Notes under the pieces: model-generated
The model's database searches: none
What the model was told of the DNA's origin: nothing
Seen by the model: the letters and a program-made list of their open reading frames with translations, nothing else
From: Octopus vulgaris
Lineage: Eukaryota
Assembly (NCBI GenBank): GCA_951406725.2
Contig: OX597817.1
Span: forward strand, 141,360,001 to 141,424,000
Length of the DNA: 64,000 nt
Direction: 5' to 3'
Made by a program: the position numbers and the translations under genes
Part shown: one piece after another, positions 41,880 through 55,868 of the stretch
How the letters are laid out: every line of letters starts with the position of its first letter
Numbering within the stretch: the stretch's first letter is position 1

Positions 41880-42191
41880 AATGCTCGACAGTAGAAAAAC
41901 AGCCAACAACTGACGAAGGGTCGTTGTTTATGTTTGTTTTGTTTTCCATTTGTGTTTTTCGCTTTTTCGAAAAAAACATTTCCTATTGCATATACTCGTA
42001 CTTCATTTTTTTTATTGTACACGTTTGATGACGTCCTGTGCCCACATATGCATATATCTATATATACGTAAAGATGTAAGTATGTACATATACATATGTA
42101 TATAATGTATATATGCATATATGTATATTTATATATTATCTATATTATTGTATGATTGAACGCCACGCATCCTCTTCCAAGTAAGTTTTAT

Positions 42192-42225
<34 letters not shown>

Positions 42226-42617
42226 CTGTGTGTATGTGTATACACGTGTGTGTTTATGTAGGCATATGTATCCGCTGGCACAGACAAGTACATAGACCTA
42301 GACGTATCATTTCTTATGGAAGAGTAATGGCGGAATATCGATAAAGAGTGAGTAAACTTGAAAACAGCTCTGTGTTCTACTAAGGCACAGTTGTAACTGT
42401 TTGCAAGAACATTACGTTGTTATAGCAAATAATGGCGGAACAATGGCTAAAATGGTTGATGCGGACAGCAAGCAAACTTATAGCAGCTAGATAATTATTA
42501 AACTTTCAATTAGTTGCCAAATAAGATAGCGCAATCACCTGGAAAATGATATACTTGGTGGTATTAAAAGACTGATTGGGAGATGATGGAAAAGATCGGT
42601 AGATATGAAGGGTAGGC

Positions 42618-43200
42618 GGGAGAGAGAGAGAGAGAGAGATAGTGTGTGAGAGAGAGAGAGAGATAGTGATAGAGAGAGAGAGAGGGGGGATTAAAAGGAC
42701 AAAGGGTGAGAGAGAGAGGCAGAGACAGAGAAATCGAAGGAAGGGGAAAAAGTGATAGAGAAAGAAAGAGAACGAGAAGAATGGAGAATGAAATAGAGAC
42801 AAAGAGAGAAGGAGAGAGAGAGAGAGAGAGGTTGAGAGGAGAGAATGGACGAAGTGGAGGAAAGGAAGGTGAAGGAAGAGTATATGGGGGAAAGGGACGG
42901 GAGGAGAGAAAAGGAGAAGACAAAAGTGGTAGGAGGAAAAGACGAAGACGAAAAAAGAAAGAAGTTGTAGTAGTAGTAGTAGTAGAGGAAGAAAAAGAAG
43001 AAGATGAAGAAAAGGAAGAAGAAAGAAAAAGGAGAAGAAGAAGGAAAAGAACAAGATGAAGAAGAAGAAGAAGAAGAAGAAAAAGAAAAAGAAGAAGGAG
43101 AAGAAGGAGAAGAAAAAGAAAAGGAGCAAGAAGCGGTTGAAGTAATGAAGCCAAAATGGGGAAGGGAAGGGGGAGGGGGTACAAGAAAAAGGAAAAAATG
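42618..43200. repeat. Long purine-rich (GA/GAA/GGA) low-complexity tract
   Basis: The plus strand is overwhelmingly A/G for ~580 bp; a second short tract lies at 43417-43492. Confidence 0.9.
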
Positions 43201-43779
43201 GAATGGCGCGGTGCAAGCAAGTTAACTGACGATCTAAATGTGGTTGAGTGAAATTTTATCTCATTTAGCTTGCGTTAGGTCTTCTCATATTTGAGTGTAG
43301 CATAGGAAATTTACAGTAAAAGACTCTACGTTATTAACTGTTGGGATTTATAGCCGCAGGGGAAGTTAATATTGGAAGGCATCCATTTCACGCTCAACGT
43401 CAAATCGCAAACCACCGAAGAGGGAAGGAGGAGGAGGAGGAGAAGAAGAAGAAAGAGAAGGAGAAGGAGAAGAAGAAGAGGAAGAAGAAGATAATTATAT
43501 AGTTCCTAGGTTCAAGCACAAACGTTGGGAAATTAACAAGTCTGCGCGGTTTGAGGGCAGAATAGGGACGGTGAGGTAATTCTCGAATTGAGAGAAAACC
43601 AAGTAATTACACGTACAGAATGAAGACACTCCTTTATATACAGCCCTAACACATGTTGGTATATATACACTAACACATACAACAAAGGCATTCCAACACA
43701 TGCATATATACATACATTCATACATACATACACACACACATACACACACACACACACATACACACACACACACACACAC

Positions 43780-43810
<31 letters not shown>

Positions 43811-44170
43811 TATATGCACACACAGATAAAGACGCATGTAGTTATACACCCTGTTATATAGAGCATACGCACATATTGACTTATACAAACAAAAACGCAC
43901 ACACATAGACAGAGAAATACATACGAACACACATATGCATAAATACACACACATATTCCAACATATACACACATATATACGCACAAATGTACATACATAG
44001 ATACGCATACATAAATACACATACATACGTATAGGCATATATAGACGTACATAAATACACACATACATCTATCTATCTATATATATATATATATATATAT
44101 ATAAATATATACATACATAAAAACACGCATATATACAGATGCATACATTATATACATGCATAAATACGTA

Positions 44171-44233
<63 letters not shown>

Positions 44234-45088
44234 GTACACACACATGCATACATACATGCATACATATATATTCATACATGCATAGAAATTACTACCGTAT
44301 AGACACAGAAACAGAGAAATACATTTACATAGACACACACATCCATACACAGACATAACCACACACATACAGCAGTACACAGAAATATAGAAGCATACAC
44401 ATATGCACGCGTACATACAGAAATACGCGTGCAAACACACACACACGTATGGAGTCATTGACATAGACACACAGATAAAATCATACAATTACATACACCT
44501 ACACGTCATACTTTATGCATGCACACACACAGAGAAACATAGTCATTTACACATAAAAACACACATACACTGAGTAACCGTAGCTCATGCATACACATAA
44601 CCACACACACAGATACATAAACACACACACGATAATCGTCGACATTGGAATCTGCTAAGGCAAACACTCATATACACTTCTATTCAAATTGACTGGCCAA
44701 CGTGTTTGTTTGTTTGGGTCGTCAATAAGCAATGATATCGCCTTTAATTACTTTCGAAGAACAGCGGTAGCAGCAGTAGCATATGCAGCAGCTATAGCAG
44801 CGGCAGCAGTCAAGGAAGAAAGACCGACAACAGCAGCAACAGCAGCAGGCTCATAAGAAAAATAATAACTGTTGCAGTCAAGACGATATGATCAGCTTCA
44901 ACACGTCAACAACAATGCAGGAATAATTCCAGCCAAAAGATTCGTTGAAGAAGAAACTTGTAGCATCATCTCCTTACCTTTCCATCTATCACCCTCTCAG
45001 CTTCCTCTCTTTTCTCTGTTTATCTCTTTCTCTCTCTCGCCCTTCTCCTCTCACTGTTCTATCTCGCTCTACAAATATCTTTATATTA

Positions 45089-45340
45089 TAAAGGGTCAGG
45101 CGCAAAAGTAGGTATACAGTGAGTATCACATCAATGTTATAAGACATAATTCATTAAAATTATTAGAACGTTAAATTAGTCAGCCTCATTTTTGAGTGTC
45201 ATTAATCATAATAATGCATTCATCATAACTATAATAATACTTTGATCCTAACTTCAAATTTTTTTTTGATAAAAATAAATGCGTATTGTACGGGTTTTCC
45301 TTTTTTCAAAACTGTATACCTACTTTTGCACCACTCTATA
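45089..45340. mobile_element. Tc1/mariner-like MITE
   Basis: Inverted repeats GCAAAAGTAGGTATACAGT (45102-45120) and ACTGTATACCTACTTTTGC (45311-45329), with TA-rich ends. Confidence 0.65.
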
Positions 45341-45395
45341 TAAATTACACACACACGCACGCACACATGCACTCACACACAAGAACACACACATT

Positions 45396-45442
<47 letters not shown>

Positions 45443-45826
45443 GTATATACACACACACTTTTATATATATACGACAAGAAATAATTTTTGCCTCTTTTTA
45501 TGGAGACAAATAAAGTTTATAAGACTGCAAAAAAGAAGTGCTTAAATGAGATTGAGACAGAAATAAAAAAAAAAAATTGATAAGAGAACAAACATCAAAT
45601 TCGAGTCAACGCTTCCATACATTTGATGATATATAAATATTACCATGGCCCTTAAACATATAAAGAATACATCTATAAAAAAAAGGACAGAAGGTAAAAA
45701 ATATATATGCAAATAAAAATACAAATATATAGAACGGCCTATCAAGAAGGTATATGCAATCGACTAAAAATTCTAAAGAGTATCATGCAACTAAAAAATC
45801 TAAAGAGAATATCAATCGACTAAAAA

Positions 45827-45951
<125 letters not shown>

Positions 45952-46209
45952 TGTGTGTCCCAGAGCACAAGGCCAACACAAAAAGGAACAAGATTCCAAG
46001 GGAGAGGAAGATCCTCATGAAACGACGGATGAAGGTTGCAAATCGCCTCAACCAACATTCCATATATATATATATATGACGGTCTTATTTTAATTTCCGT
46101 CTACCAAATCCACTCACAGGTCTTTGGTCGGCCTGAGGCCACAGAAGAAGACACTTACCGAAGGTGCCATGCAGAGTGAGTATGAACCCGGAACCATATG
46201 GTTGGGAAG

Positions 46210-46442
46210 CAAGACACTTTATCTCAGGTTCCTCCTATCCACTCAGCTGGCAAAAATGAGTTGTACCTGTAGCTCAACAGGGCCAGCCGTATCACATTCT
46301 GTGTCACACTGAATCTTCTTAAGAATTACGTTAAATGTATGCGTGTCTGTGGAGTACTCGGCCATTTGTACGTTAATTTCACGAGCAGGCTGTTCCGTTC
46401 ATCGGATTAATCGGAACACTCATCATCAAAACCGATGTGTGC
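46210..46442 (+). mobile_element. Partial SINE (CORE-like/T1 type), fused to an opposite-strand family C fragment (about 46070-46210)
   Basis: GCAAGACACTTTAT...TTAATTTCACGAGCAGGCTGTTCCGTT matches the 33257 element. Confidence 0.75.
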
Positions 46443-46694
46443 CAATTTAGTCATCTTAACAAGTGTTGCACATCATAAAGATGATGGGATGTGAAAGCAA
46501 CATAGTAAGCTTAGCCTAGGTTAGAGAGATTCACATTCTGTTGGCATATTGAATTACATCTGTTTGGCGTTGAACCTTTTGTCTTGGATGAGGTCAAGAC
46601 TTGGCCTCAGGGTGTGATACTACAAAAGAGAGAAACTAGAATGTGTTCCCTGAAAGGATTTCGGCTTTTCTTGGATACTCTTTAGATTGAGCGC

Positions 46695-47104
46695 CTGTGA
46701 CTGGCTTTGTGGTAAAGAAGCTCAGTTTGGAACCATGTGATTTTGCATTTAGTCCCACCGTGAAGCCCCTTTGGCTGGTGTCTTCTTCTATAGTTTGGGT
46801 AGTCAAATGCTTTGAGAATTAATTTGGAAGACGGGAACAGTGTAGAAGCTAGTAATATTGGGTTGGTGCATAATTATTGCGGCTTTTTTTCAACAATTTT
46901 TATTCAACAAAAGCAATAACATGTAACAAAAACGTCTTTAAATGATTATTTCGGAGCATATTCACTATCTACTTCAATCATTGCTTCTCATTTGCTTGGC
47001 AGACGGTCACTACGTCATTGAAAGATGTTTTCGTTATATATTGTTATTGTTTTTGTTGAATAAAATTTGTTGAAAATAAACCGCAATAATTATACACCAA
47101 CCCA

Positions 47105-47150
<46 letters not shown>

Positions 47151-47312
47151 TTGTACACCACTAGCATTTGAGAAACACTGCCGCTTTGTTTACGTCGATA
47201 TAACTTAGTGGCTCGACAAAAGCGACCGATAAAATTAATACCAGACTTAAGAAAGAAGAATAAGGTTTGAGCTGTTTCACTAAAATCGAATAAGCTATGC
47301 TTCAGCATGGCC
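46695..47312 (+). mobile_element. SINE family C, diverged, interrupted by a mariner MITE
   Basis: Family C 5' part ends at GAAGCTAGTAA; the 3' part resumes after 47107 with (TG)n. Confidence 0.65.
46858..47105 (-). mobile_element. Mariner-derived MITE
   Basis: ~65-bp TIRs TTGGGTTGGTGCATAATTATTGCGG.. / ..CCGCAATAATTATACACCAACCCAA; TA TSD on both sides; internal minus-strand remnant DRLPSK*EAMIEVDSEY resembles the mariner transposase C-terminus. Confidence 0.85.
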
Positions 47313-47319
47313 AGAAGGT

Positions 47320-47700
47320 AGAAAACTTTGTAATGTCCTTAGCAATATCATTTAAAATGCCGAAATTCCAGAAGATATTTAGCATTGCTTTTCTGTGAAA
47401 CGCCTCATTGAAATATACAAATACAGTTAATACATTTTGGTTAGAGACTATGTTCTATATTTTTCTAAAAAGATCTCTCATTCTGTCGATTCGGTCCTGC
47501 AGTAGTTGTATTGGTTCCTTGATGCGGTCATGTTTCCTACTGAAACAGCCAATCAGGTTTGGATACTTCCTTCTTTCCCTCAGTAATTTATGGAGACTTT
47601 TAAATATCCTCTACGACGCTCTTCTCTTCTTATTGAGCCAATAATGAAGGCCCCCTCAACATCTTTCAAGCTTCCCATTGATGGTGTTTGTAAAAAAGAA
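47320..47700 (-). mobile_element. Decayed RTE-like LINE RT fragment
   Basis: Minus-strand VFVYFNEAFHRKAMLNIFWNFGI resembles FIDF.KAFD...R..M..IL..YGI. Confidence 0.4.
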
Positions 47701-48774
47701 TCGCAAGGTTTTAGGTTTCTAAAATCCGATCCTGCCATCATTTAATGTACCCCCACATTACCATAAATTGGCCGAAGTCATCTACTCTATGAAAAAAAAT
47801 TCTTTATACTGACATAAAATCATGGTGGGACCCGGATAAAGAAATACGTTTCTTTTAGTTATATTTTTAACTGCATGGAATTATATTCTGTTGAGATAGC
47901 CTTTCTGACGACTTTCTGTGGCGACCAACATAACTGAAACACTACAAAGCAAACTGTTGCTATTTAATCACGAATTCTGTTGCTAAATTGTTGCTATTTT
48001 TACAAATCCCATCTGGAGAATCAAATGATTCATTTGAAAATGATATTCTATGTTTATTGTGAATGTGTTTAGCGGCAGAAAATTTGGCTCGTTACCGCAA
48101 TGAATTATGGGTATTTGATGCTGAATTAATGCTTCATATTTTTGAATGATAAACCATCTTGTGTTTTATCTGAGGATTCATCACTGTATTCGGTGTCTTT
48201 AGTATTTGTCTAAGCAGCGAAGATCTATTGAATAATAAATGTGACGAATTTCAAATTAATTTGAATCACATACGGTAATTCTAAATGTGGATTTCTTTAT
48301 TGTTGTGCAGAATAACTGGACTGGTTGTGTGTGGAATACTTGAAGTTTATTCTTCTACAATCAGAGTTCGAAACTCTGCAAAGGACATCAAATCACTTTG
48401 TAATATGCAATGGACGAATTTACATACAGCTGAATCATGTAAATGTCTTCGTACTTCATTTTCATTTTTTTTTTACTTGCTGAGTTGAAAGAGCCAGAAC
48501 TAGAACGCTGTCATTATCAACTAAGCGAGTGAGAGTATTCCTTAATGGATGATTGGGCATTATGTCTAGCGCAGGAAAAGGGGATGTTGGCTTCATCAGG
48601 AGCACCGGGAGATCGTTATACGATTGGGTCAGGGCCCCTTAAGGATAGAGGTATATGGAGTCAGCCGCAATGAAACGAAGAAGTCATTATATTAGCGACA
48701 GAAAGGGTTAGAGAGAGTATAGAGCAGGACTGTTGACCAGAGGATGCAGTGTGTCCTTGGGTAAAAACTGTCAC

Positions 48775-49055
48775 TCTGACGGTTACGACAACAACGGGTG
48801 CTCTAATGGATCAGAATAATGGAATACCCTGCTCGTGAAATAACTATGCGAGTGAAATAACTCTGCAAACACGCGTACATTTAACATAGTTCTGAGGAAG
48901 ATTCAGCATAACAGAGTATCTAACAAGGGTTTGAAATACGGGTACAACCAATTTTTGCTGGCTGAGATAAAGTGTCTCGTTCAATGACACAACGTATGCT
49001 GGGTATCAAACTAGCGACTGTAATACCCTAACCACTAAGTCACGCTCCTTCACTT
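48775..49055 (-). mobile_element. Diverged SINE (H2/CORE-like/T1 type)
   Basis: Decayed reverse-complement match to 33257-33581, including CCTAACCACTAAGTCACGCTCCTTCAC. Confidence 0.7.
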
Positions 49056-49283
49056 TGTGCATTAATCAGCCAAGTAGTTCTTCTCTGGAGGCAATTAAAG
49101 TTGTTAGTCTACGTAGCAGCAGCAGCAGCAGTAGCAGCGCACTTTCAGTTGTGTTAGCAAGGTGCCAAACCTTAAACCACATTCAACTCTATTCTTATAG
49201 TAATCTGACTGACATGTATATGTTTCTATCTTTTACTGATTTTTTTACCTTCTAGGGTTTTAGTTGAACGATGAAATTTGATA

Positions 49284-49460
49284 TAAAGTAAATCCCCAAA
49301 AAAGAAGAAAAACACAAAAACAACAACGCGAGGACGTGGTACATGTAAAGTATTAGCGAACGCTCAGGGAACGAAAAAATATGATTTAATGTTTCGAGCA
49401 GATGCTCTTCTTCGGAAACAGAGGAAAGTCCAATAGAAGGGAAGACGGAGGAAGAAATTT
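49284..49460 (-). mobile_element. Mini-element family H1 (subtype b), motif at 49388-49415
   Basis: CCGAAGA-A-GAGC-ATCT-GCTC-GAAAC-AT-T; co-linear with 55075-55257. Confidence 0.65.
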
Positions 49461-49711
49461 GCCAGTTGCTATTATGTTAAACTGTCGTATGTCCAAATTT
49501 TGCCAAATGTGAATCATTCAATATATATTTTTACTTGTAATAGCTTGTTCTTTGGGTCAAACAATCGTATCTCCACCTGCTTTAGATGTTGAGGTATCAA
49601 AAAAAATTTCAAAGTGTAGTACAATGGTTCTGTTATTGAATGCTGCGACTATTTTTTTCATTTTCTGAAAAAGTAACGTTTCGGACTTGCGGCAATTTTG
49701 CATAATAATAA

Positions 49712-49767
<56 letters not shown>

Positions 49768-51080
49768 ACATATATATGCGTGTGTGTCCTCTTCCCTCGC
49801 ACCATCATATAGCAACCGGTACAGGTTTCTTGTTTACGTTCCCGTAACTTATCGGTTCAGTAAAAGATTCGAATTGATGGGTATCAGACTTCAAGTACTG
49901 GAGTCGATTTCTTCGACTAAACACTTCAGTGAGGTACCTCACAATGGCCATAGTCCAATGACTGACACAAGTAAAATATTAAAGTTACTACATAGATTAG
50001 TCACAATGCCAGTGTTGACAGAATTGGCCTCCAAATAAGAGTTACGCTATATATTCACAGATGTTGACAGTACTAATTGCAGGTATCAAGGTAGAAACAA
50101 AGTAGTTTGAGTAACGTATGAAATCAGTCGTTGATACTCTCTAGGGAATCGTTTTACGCATTCAGCAATACATATTCTATTATAATTAGTTACATAATAC
50201 CTATATCAGAAGGGAGAACACGAAAACCACACATTGCGACATTCATTATTCTCTAATAAAAGAATCAGATGTCAAATCCTGCAAACCAGGAAATTGCTTA
50301 GCTGTTGCTTCCTGGTGTTCTTAATTCCTGTGGTCTACCAAATCTGATATTACCTTCTCAGCAAATATGTAGTCGGCAGTTCCATTATTAAAAACACTTA
50401 TGTTATAAGACTGTCCATCATATATTTGCTGAGGATAACGTGTATTTAATTCTTGCTATTCTCCATAAAAATTGTAAAATTCCCATGACAAATACGAGTA
50501 TATTTGCATTGAATTCTTTCTTTAGAAAATTGATAAAATTGTATTAAGTAAGATTCTAAAAAATATCAGAATTCATAGGAATATAAATTAGGAATCAATT
50601 ATATATATAATAAATTATATCGATCTATGATTATTTATTTTATGTTATTATTTTACTACTTACAATCGTATGAATGGAATACAACATGAAGAAATATTTT
50701 AACTTATAAGATAAATCTGTGTGTGCCCAGGGATTAAACAAAGATACGAAATGTTTTTACAGATTCGGATATTCTGGAATTCACGCACACAATAGAGACA
50801 AAAGATAAGAATGGCAAGCCAGTGTTATGTATTTTGATAGTTTGTTATTGTCACGAATAATAAAAATCTTCTCACATATCCTCTAATGACTAAACGAAAA
50901 ATGCAACGTATCTATGTATATGTTTCGAAATTTTCTTATGGATTTATGGCTGTTGAACGAAGGAAATTATTGAATATAAATATGCAGGTGGAGGTGTGCA
51001 TGTATGTAGGTATTATGTATGTAAGTATGCATATATATATGTATGCATTTATATATGTAAGTATGCATTTATATATATAT

Positions 51081-51168
<88 letters not shown>

Positions 51169-51455
51169 ATGTATGCATGTGTGCATGTATATAAAATTAA
51201 ATAAATGGAAAGGTACAGGAAATTATGCAATGAACTTCATTAGCTTGCAGGTGTTTCTGCTATAAGATACAGTGCACTTCATCATATTGTCTCTTCGGAT
51301 ATCCAGATATGTATACATCTATATAGAGTAATAACACCGGGTTGCTAATATCGATATTGCTAAGTGAGTTATTTAGAAAATATTTCTACCTTTCTCTCTC
51401 TCTCTCCCCCTATCCATCCATCCATCCATCCATCCATCCATCCATCCATCCATCC

Positions 51456-51536
<81 letters not shown>

Positions 51537-51589
51537 CTAAAAAGTATTTGGGATATCTGTAATGACGAAAAAATATTTGGTATGCTTAC

Positions 51590-51752
51590 TGGCACAGGCG
51601 TGGCTTTCCAACCATATGGTCCCGGGTTAAGTCCCACTGCGTGGTTTTTGGGCAAGTGTCTCCTATTATAGCCGCGGGTTGACCAAAGCCTTGTAAGTGG
51701 TAGACGGAAACTGAAAGAAGCATGTCGTATGTGTGTATGCGCGCGCGTGCAC

Positions 51753-51785
<33 letters not shown>

Positions 51786-51868
51786 CACGCGTGTGTGTGT
51801 GTGTGTGTGTGTGAGTGTCTGTCTTTATCCCCCTACCATTGCTTGACAACCGATGCTGGTGTGTTTGT
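51590..51868 (+). mobile_element. SINE family C, 3'-truncated (another 3' fragment lies at about 49780-49978)
   Basis: Head, CORE-like segment, internal (TG)n and GCTTGACAACCGATGCTGGTGTG. Confidence 0.75.
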
Positions 51869-53308
51869 CACTGAAATTTATGCTCTACTTTAGGAGCAAG
51901 AAAATAAAAGCACTGGTTGTAGATCACTTGTTTAATTATCAATTAATTAATTAATTAGTGAAATAGTTAATCTATATTGAAAAATGTAAGTCAAGTTCCT
52001 GCGTGTAACATCTGCTGGTGCCACACTATGGAACTGGTTTCGAATATGTATGAAATGGCGCTCTGCCTGGCTATCTATGACTAAAAATTATTTGGGATAT
52101 TTATAAAGGCGAGAAAATATTAGGTGTGTTTATTCTGTGCATTTTCGTTTTTTTATAATTCGATTTAAAATTCAGATTTCTCAATACGTCATGATTTAGG
52201 ATTTGTGTAGAAATGACTGTCTCTTTAACAATAACGACCACCACGTGGTTCTAATTAGGATTTAAGAAGTAGAAAACCTAGGTGTAGCGACTTAAGTACA
52301 CGGCTACTTAGCTGAATGGCGTTACCTCTGTACTGACAGACGGCGTGAATAAAATGATAACAAAAACAACTGCCGAAGGAGAGACCACACATAGAGACAG
52401 ACAAATAAATATGGAGATGGGTGAGCGTGTGTCTATAGTTATATGAGAAGATTTAAAATCAAAACAAAATCATAAAAATGAAAACAAACATTCGGTCACG
52501 CGGAGATACAGACGCTCGTCATAAGAAAAGATACACACACTCATACATACATATTCATACACACACACACACTCACACACAGAGCTGTATTGCATTAATA
52601 AAATAATGCAAATACAAGACAAATACATACCTAGACGAATATGAAGAACAACAGAAAACAGTTAGATTGAGTGGAACTACCACGGTTGTGTACAAGCGGT
52701 AATAGTCAGCGTTATGGTCGCAGAAGCATGGCGAAAGACTTTGAGAAACCAAATAACTGATTCCATAATTCATTAAGTAATTGATTAATTAGTTAAATCA
52801 TATTCAAACAGATTTGAACTACAAACAGCATGTGTCTTTATTGATACAAAGGCTGTTCAAAATTGCAATTTAATTTTAACACCTGATTTCAGATCTAGAA
52901 TTAACTAAACAAATGTGTGTGTGTGTGTGTATGTGTGTGTGTGTGTGTGTGTTAGTGTGTGTTATGGTGATATGGTGTACAGTTTAATGAATAGAAGCGT
53001 TGTTATGGGTATGTAGAGGATGGAATATGCTGGTGCGGAAATACCTCTGAGCATGATGGCCTAATTCATGACTGTTTGAAAGTGAGTTGCTCTAGTTAAT
53101 GATTAAAGAAGGAAGAATAAGAATCATCTGTGAGCAACGACCAAAAACTGTGAAACAGTCTGTCAGAATTCTCTTCCATTTTCCCCATATTATTCTGCGA
53201 ATTCCTTCCTTGCCTTCCCTTAGCTTCATCTACAACCCCTCCGCTTCAATTCCGACTTACCACCTGACTATGCGAGCAACATATCTCTTCACTTTTCTTT
53301 ATCTTCCT

Positions 53309-53391
<83 letters not shown>

Positions 53392-53401
53392 ACACATATA
53401 T

Positions 53402-54599
53402 ATAAGGAAAATTTGACAAGGTAGAAAATGCTAATATAATTTTATCATGAAGTACATTATAGTACCGGTTTCCGCCTTTTAGACTTTTTCAACTGAGATT
53501 CCAACTGGAAAAGATATCTAGATGAATGTTTCATTCTTTGTCACGAAAGTATAGAGAGATTTAAAGAATTTCAAACGCTTCTAAATGGACTTGACATAAA
53601 CAATTCAATTTACAATGGAATATAGTCTCGTTAAGAAATCTAACAAAACAGAAACTGACATCTACCTTAAGCCCACGGACTCCAAGCAATATCTGCCATT
53701 CAACTCTTGCCACCCCTGACACACGAGAACGAATATCCCTTACAACCTAGCAAAAAGGATTTGTACTATAGTATCTGAGAGAAACTCCAGGGACACACGA
53801 CAATACGAGTTAAAGTATACACTTATCAGCAAGAGCTACCCACCAACACTAATTGATCAAAGCTTTCAACGTGCCCTACAACTCAGCAATTACGAACTCA
53901 GGCACCCCAAACTAAAGAAGGATTTACAACCAAAAGTCATACCATATATTTCCATGCACAACTCCCTGAACAATGAGGCCTTCAAAAGCATCCTCCAAAA
54001 CATCCCTTTACTAAAAAGGGACCATAGAATTGATCAAATCCCCTAAACACACACCATCATAAAAAGCAAAAGACAACCTAAGTCAATGTTATGTGTTCTA
54101 ATACAGGCCCAAATACACTCATCAACAATATCGAAACCGACAGTAAAAAAAATGCGTAGGACCTCTAACTGTGGCATATGTGTCAACCTAATTGAGGGAT
54201 CGGAATTCTCTTTCAAACAGGGTCAACGTTTTACAGTGAAAAACAACTTCACATGTGCTTCGGAAAACCTAATATATTTATCAACTTGCTCAGGGTATCA
54301 AGAACAATATACTGGTCAAACTAAAAACAGTCTACTCCTGCTTAAAATATCAACTCTCTGTACCGAAACTATTCATTCAAATTTACTACTACCTACCTAC
54401 CTACCTACCTACCTACCTACCTACCTACCTACCTACCTACCTACCTACCTACCTACCTACCTACCTACCTACCTACCTACCTACCTACCTACCTACCTAA
54501 CTACCTACCTACCTACCTAACTACCTAATTACCTATTAACCTACCTACCTACCTAACTACCTACCTACCAGGCATTCACAAAGAAATACATAGCGAGAG

Positions 54600-54663
<64 letters not shown>

Positions 54664-54858
54664 AGAGAGAGAGAGATAGGCTGTCTGAAAACTATAGAAA
54701 TATTTACCCATTCAAAGACTATGAAAGTACCTACAAAACATTTAACTTTATTTTTTTCTCCAATTTAATTGTTTTTCTAAAAGGTGGAAACCGGTACTAA
54801 AATGTACTTCATGATAAAATTATTTTAGCATTTTCTACTTTGTCATATTCTCCTTATA
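53402..54858 (+). mobile_element. Penelope-like element, 5'-truncated, with an inverted terminal copy
   Basis: TDIYLKPTDSKQYLPFNSCHP*HTRTNIPYNLAKRIC (RT C-terminal region) and CGIC...FTCASENLIYLSTC....QYTGQT (GIY-YIG endonuclease). About 53402-53482 is the reverse complement of about 54777-54858, as is typical of PLE pLTR inversions. Confidence 0.85.
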
Positions 54859-54882
54859 TATATGTGTGTGTGTTACCTTTCA

Positions 54883-54943
<61 letters not shown>

Positions 54944-55041
54944 CAATTCACTTCTCCCGCTTCCTGTCTTATATATATATATATATGATATATATATATA
55001 TATATACATATATACATACGTATATGTACATACTTACATCT

Positions 55042-55074
<33 letters not shown>

Positions 55075-55075
<1 letters not shown>

Positions 55076-55251
55076 TTTTTTCCTCTCTGTCTTCCCTTCT
55101 CGGGATCTTTCCTTCTCCTTTGTTTCCGACGAAGAGCTCCGCTCGAAACGTTAGACTCTCCTTCCCTTCTTTCCTAAGCGTCAAATAATACTTTAATTGT
55201 TCCACGTCCTCGCGTTGCTGTGTTTTTTTCTGTGTTTTCTTGTTTGGATTA

Positions 55252-55257
<6 letters not shown>
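55075..55257 (+). mobile_element. Mini-element family H1 (subtype b), motif at 55126-55152
   Basis: CCGACGA-A-GAGC-TCC-GCTC-GAAAC-GT-T; lies between two (TA)n tracts. Confidence 0.7.
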
Positions 55258-55313
<56 letters not shown>

Positions 55314-55456
55314 TATGTGGGCACAGGACGTCACGAAACGTGTACAAAAATGTACGAAGCATGAGTAGATGGAACATGAACTATTCTTTCGAACAACGAA
55401 AGACACAATTGGAAAACAAAACAAATAACATAAACAGAGACTCTTCATCAGTTGTT

Positions 55457-55607
55457 AGCTGTGTAGTAAGTAGGTTGCTAACCAACCACAAGGTTCTGGG
55501 TTCAGTCCCAATGCGTAGCATCTTGGGTAAGTGTCTTCTACTATAGCCTCGGGCCGTCCAAAGCCTTGTGGGTGGATTTGGTAGACGGAAGCTGACAGAA
55601 GTCCGTC

Positions 55608-55646
<39 letters not shown>

Positions 55647-55868
55647 TCTATGTATACGTTTATGTGCCTCTGTTTGTCCCCTAACATCGCTTGACAACCG
55701 ATGCTGGTGTATTTACGTTCGCATCACTTAGCGGTTCAGCAAGATGGACCGATAGAATAAGTACGAGGCTTACAAAGAATAAGTCCTGCGGTCGATTCGC
55801 TCGACTAAAGGTGATGCTCCAACATGGCCGCAGTCAAATGACTGAAACAAATAAAAGAATATAAGAAT
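55457..55868 (+). mobile_element. SINE family C
   Basis: Co-linear with 35452-35895; internal (TA)n. Confidence 0.85.

Noticed and set aside
42381-42402. miR-124-like TAAGGCAC
   Set aside because: Only the seed matches; the rest of the mature sequence and a proper hairpin are absent.
42506-43225. 236-aa and 218-aa ORFs and opposite-strand E/R/K-rich ORFs
   Set aside because: They arise from the GA-rich low-complexity tract and show no domain or splice support.
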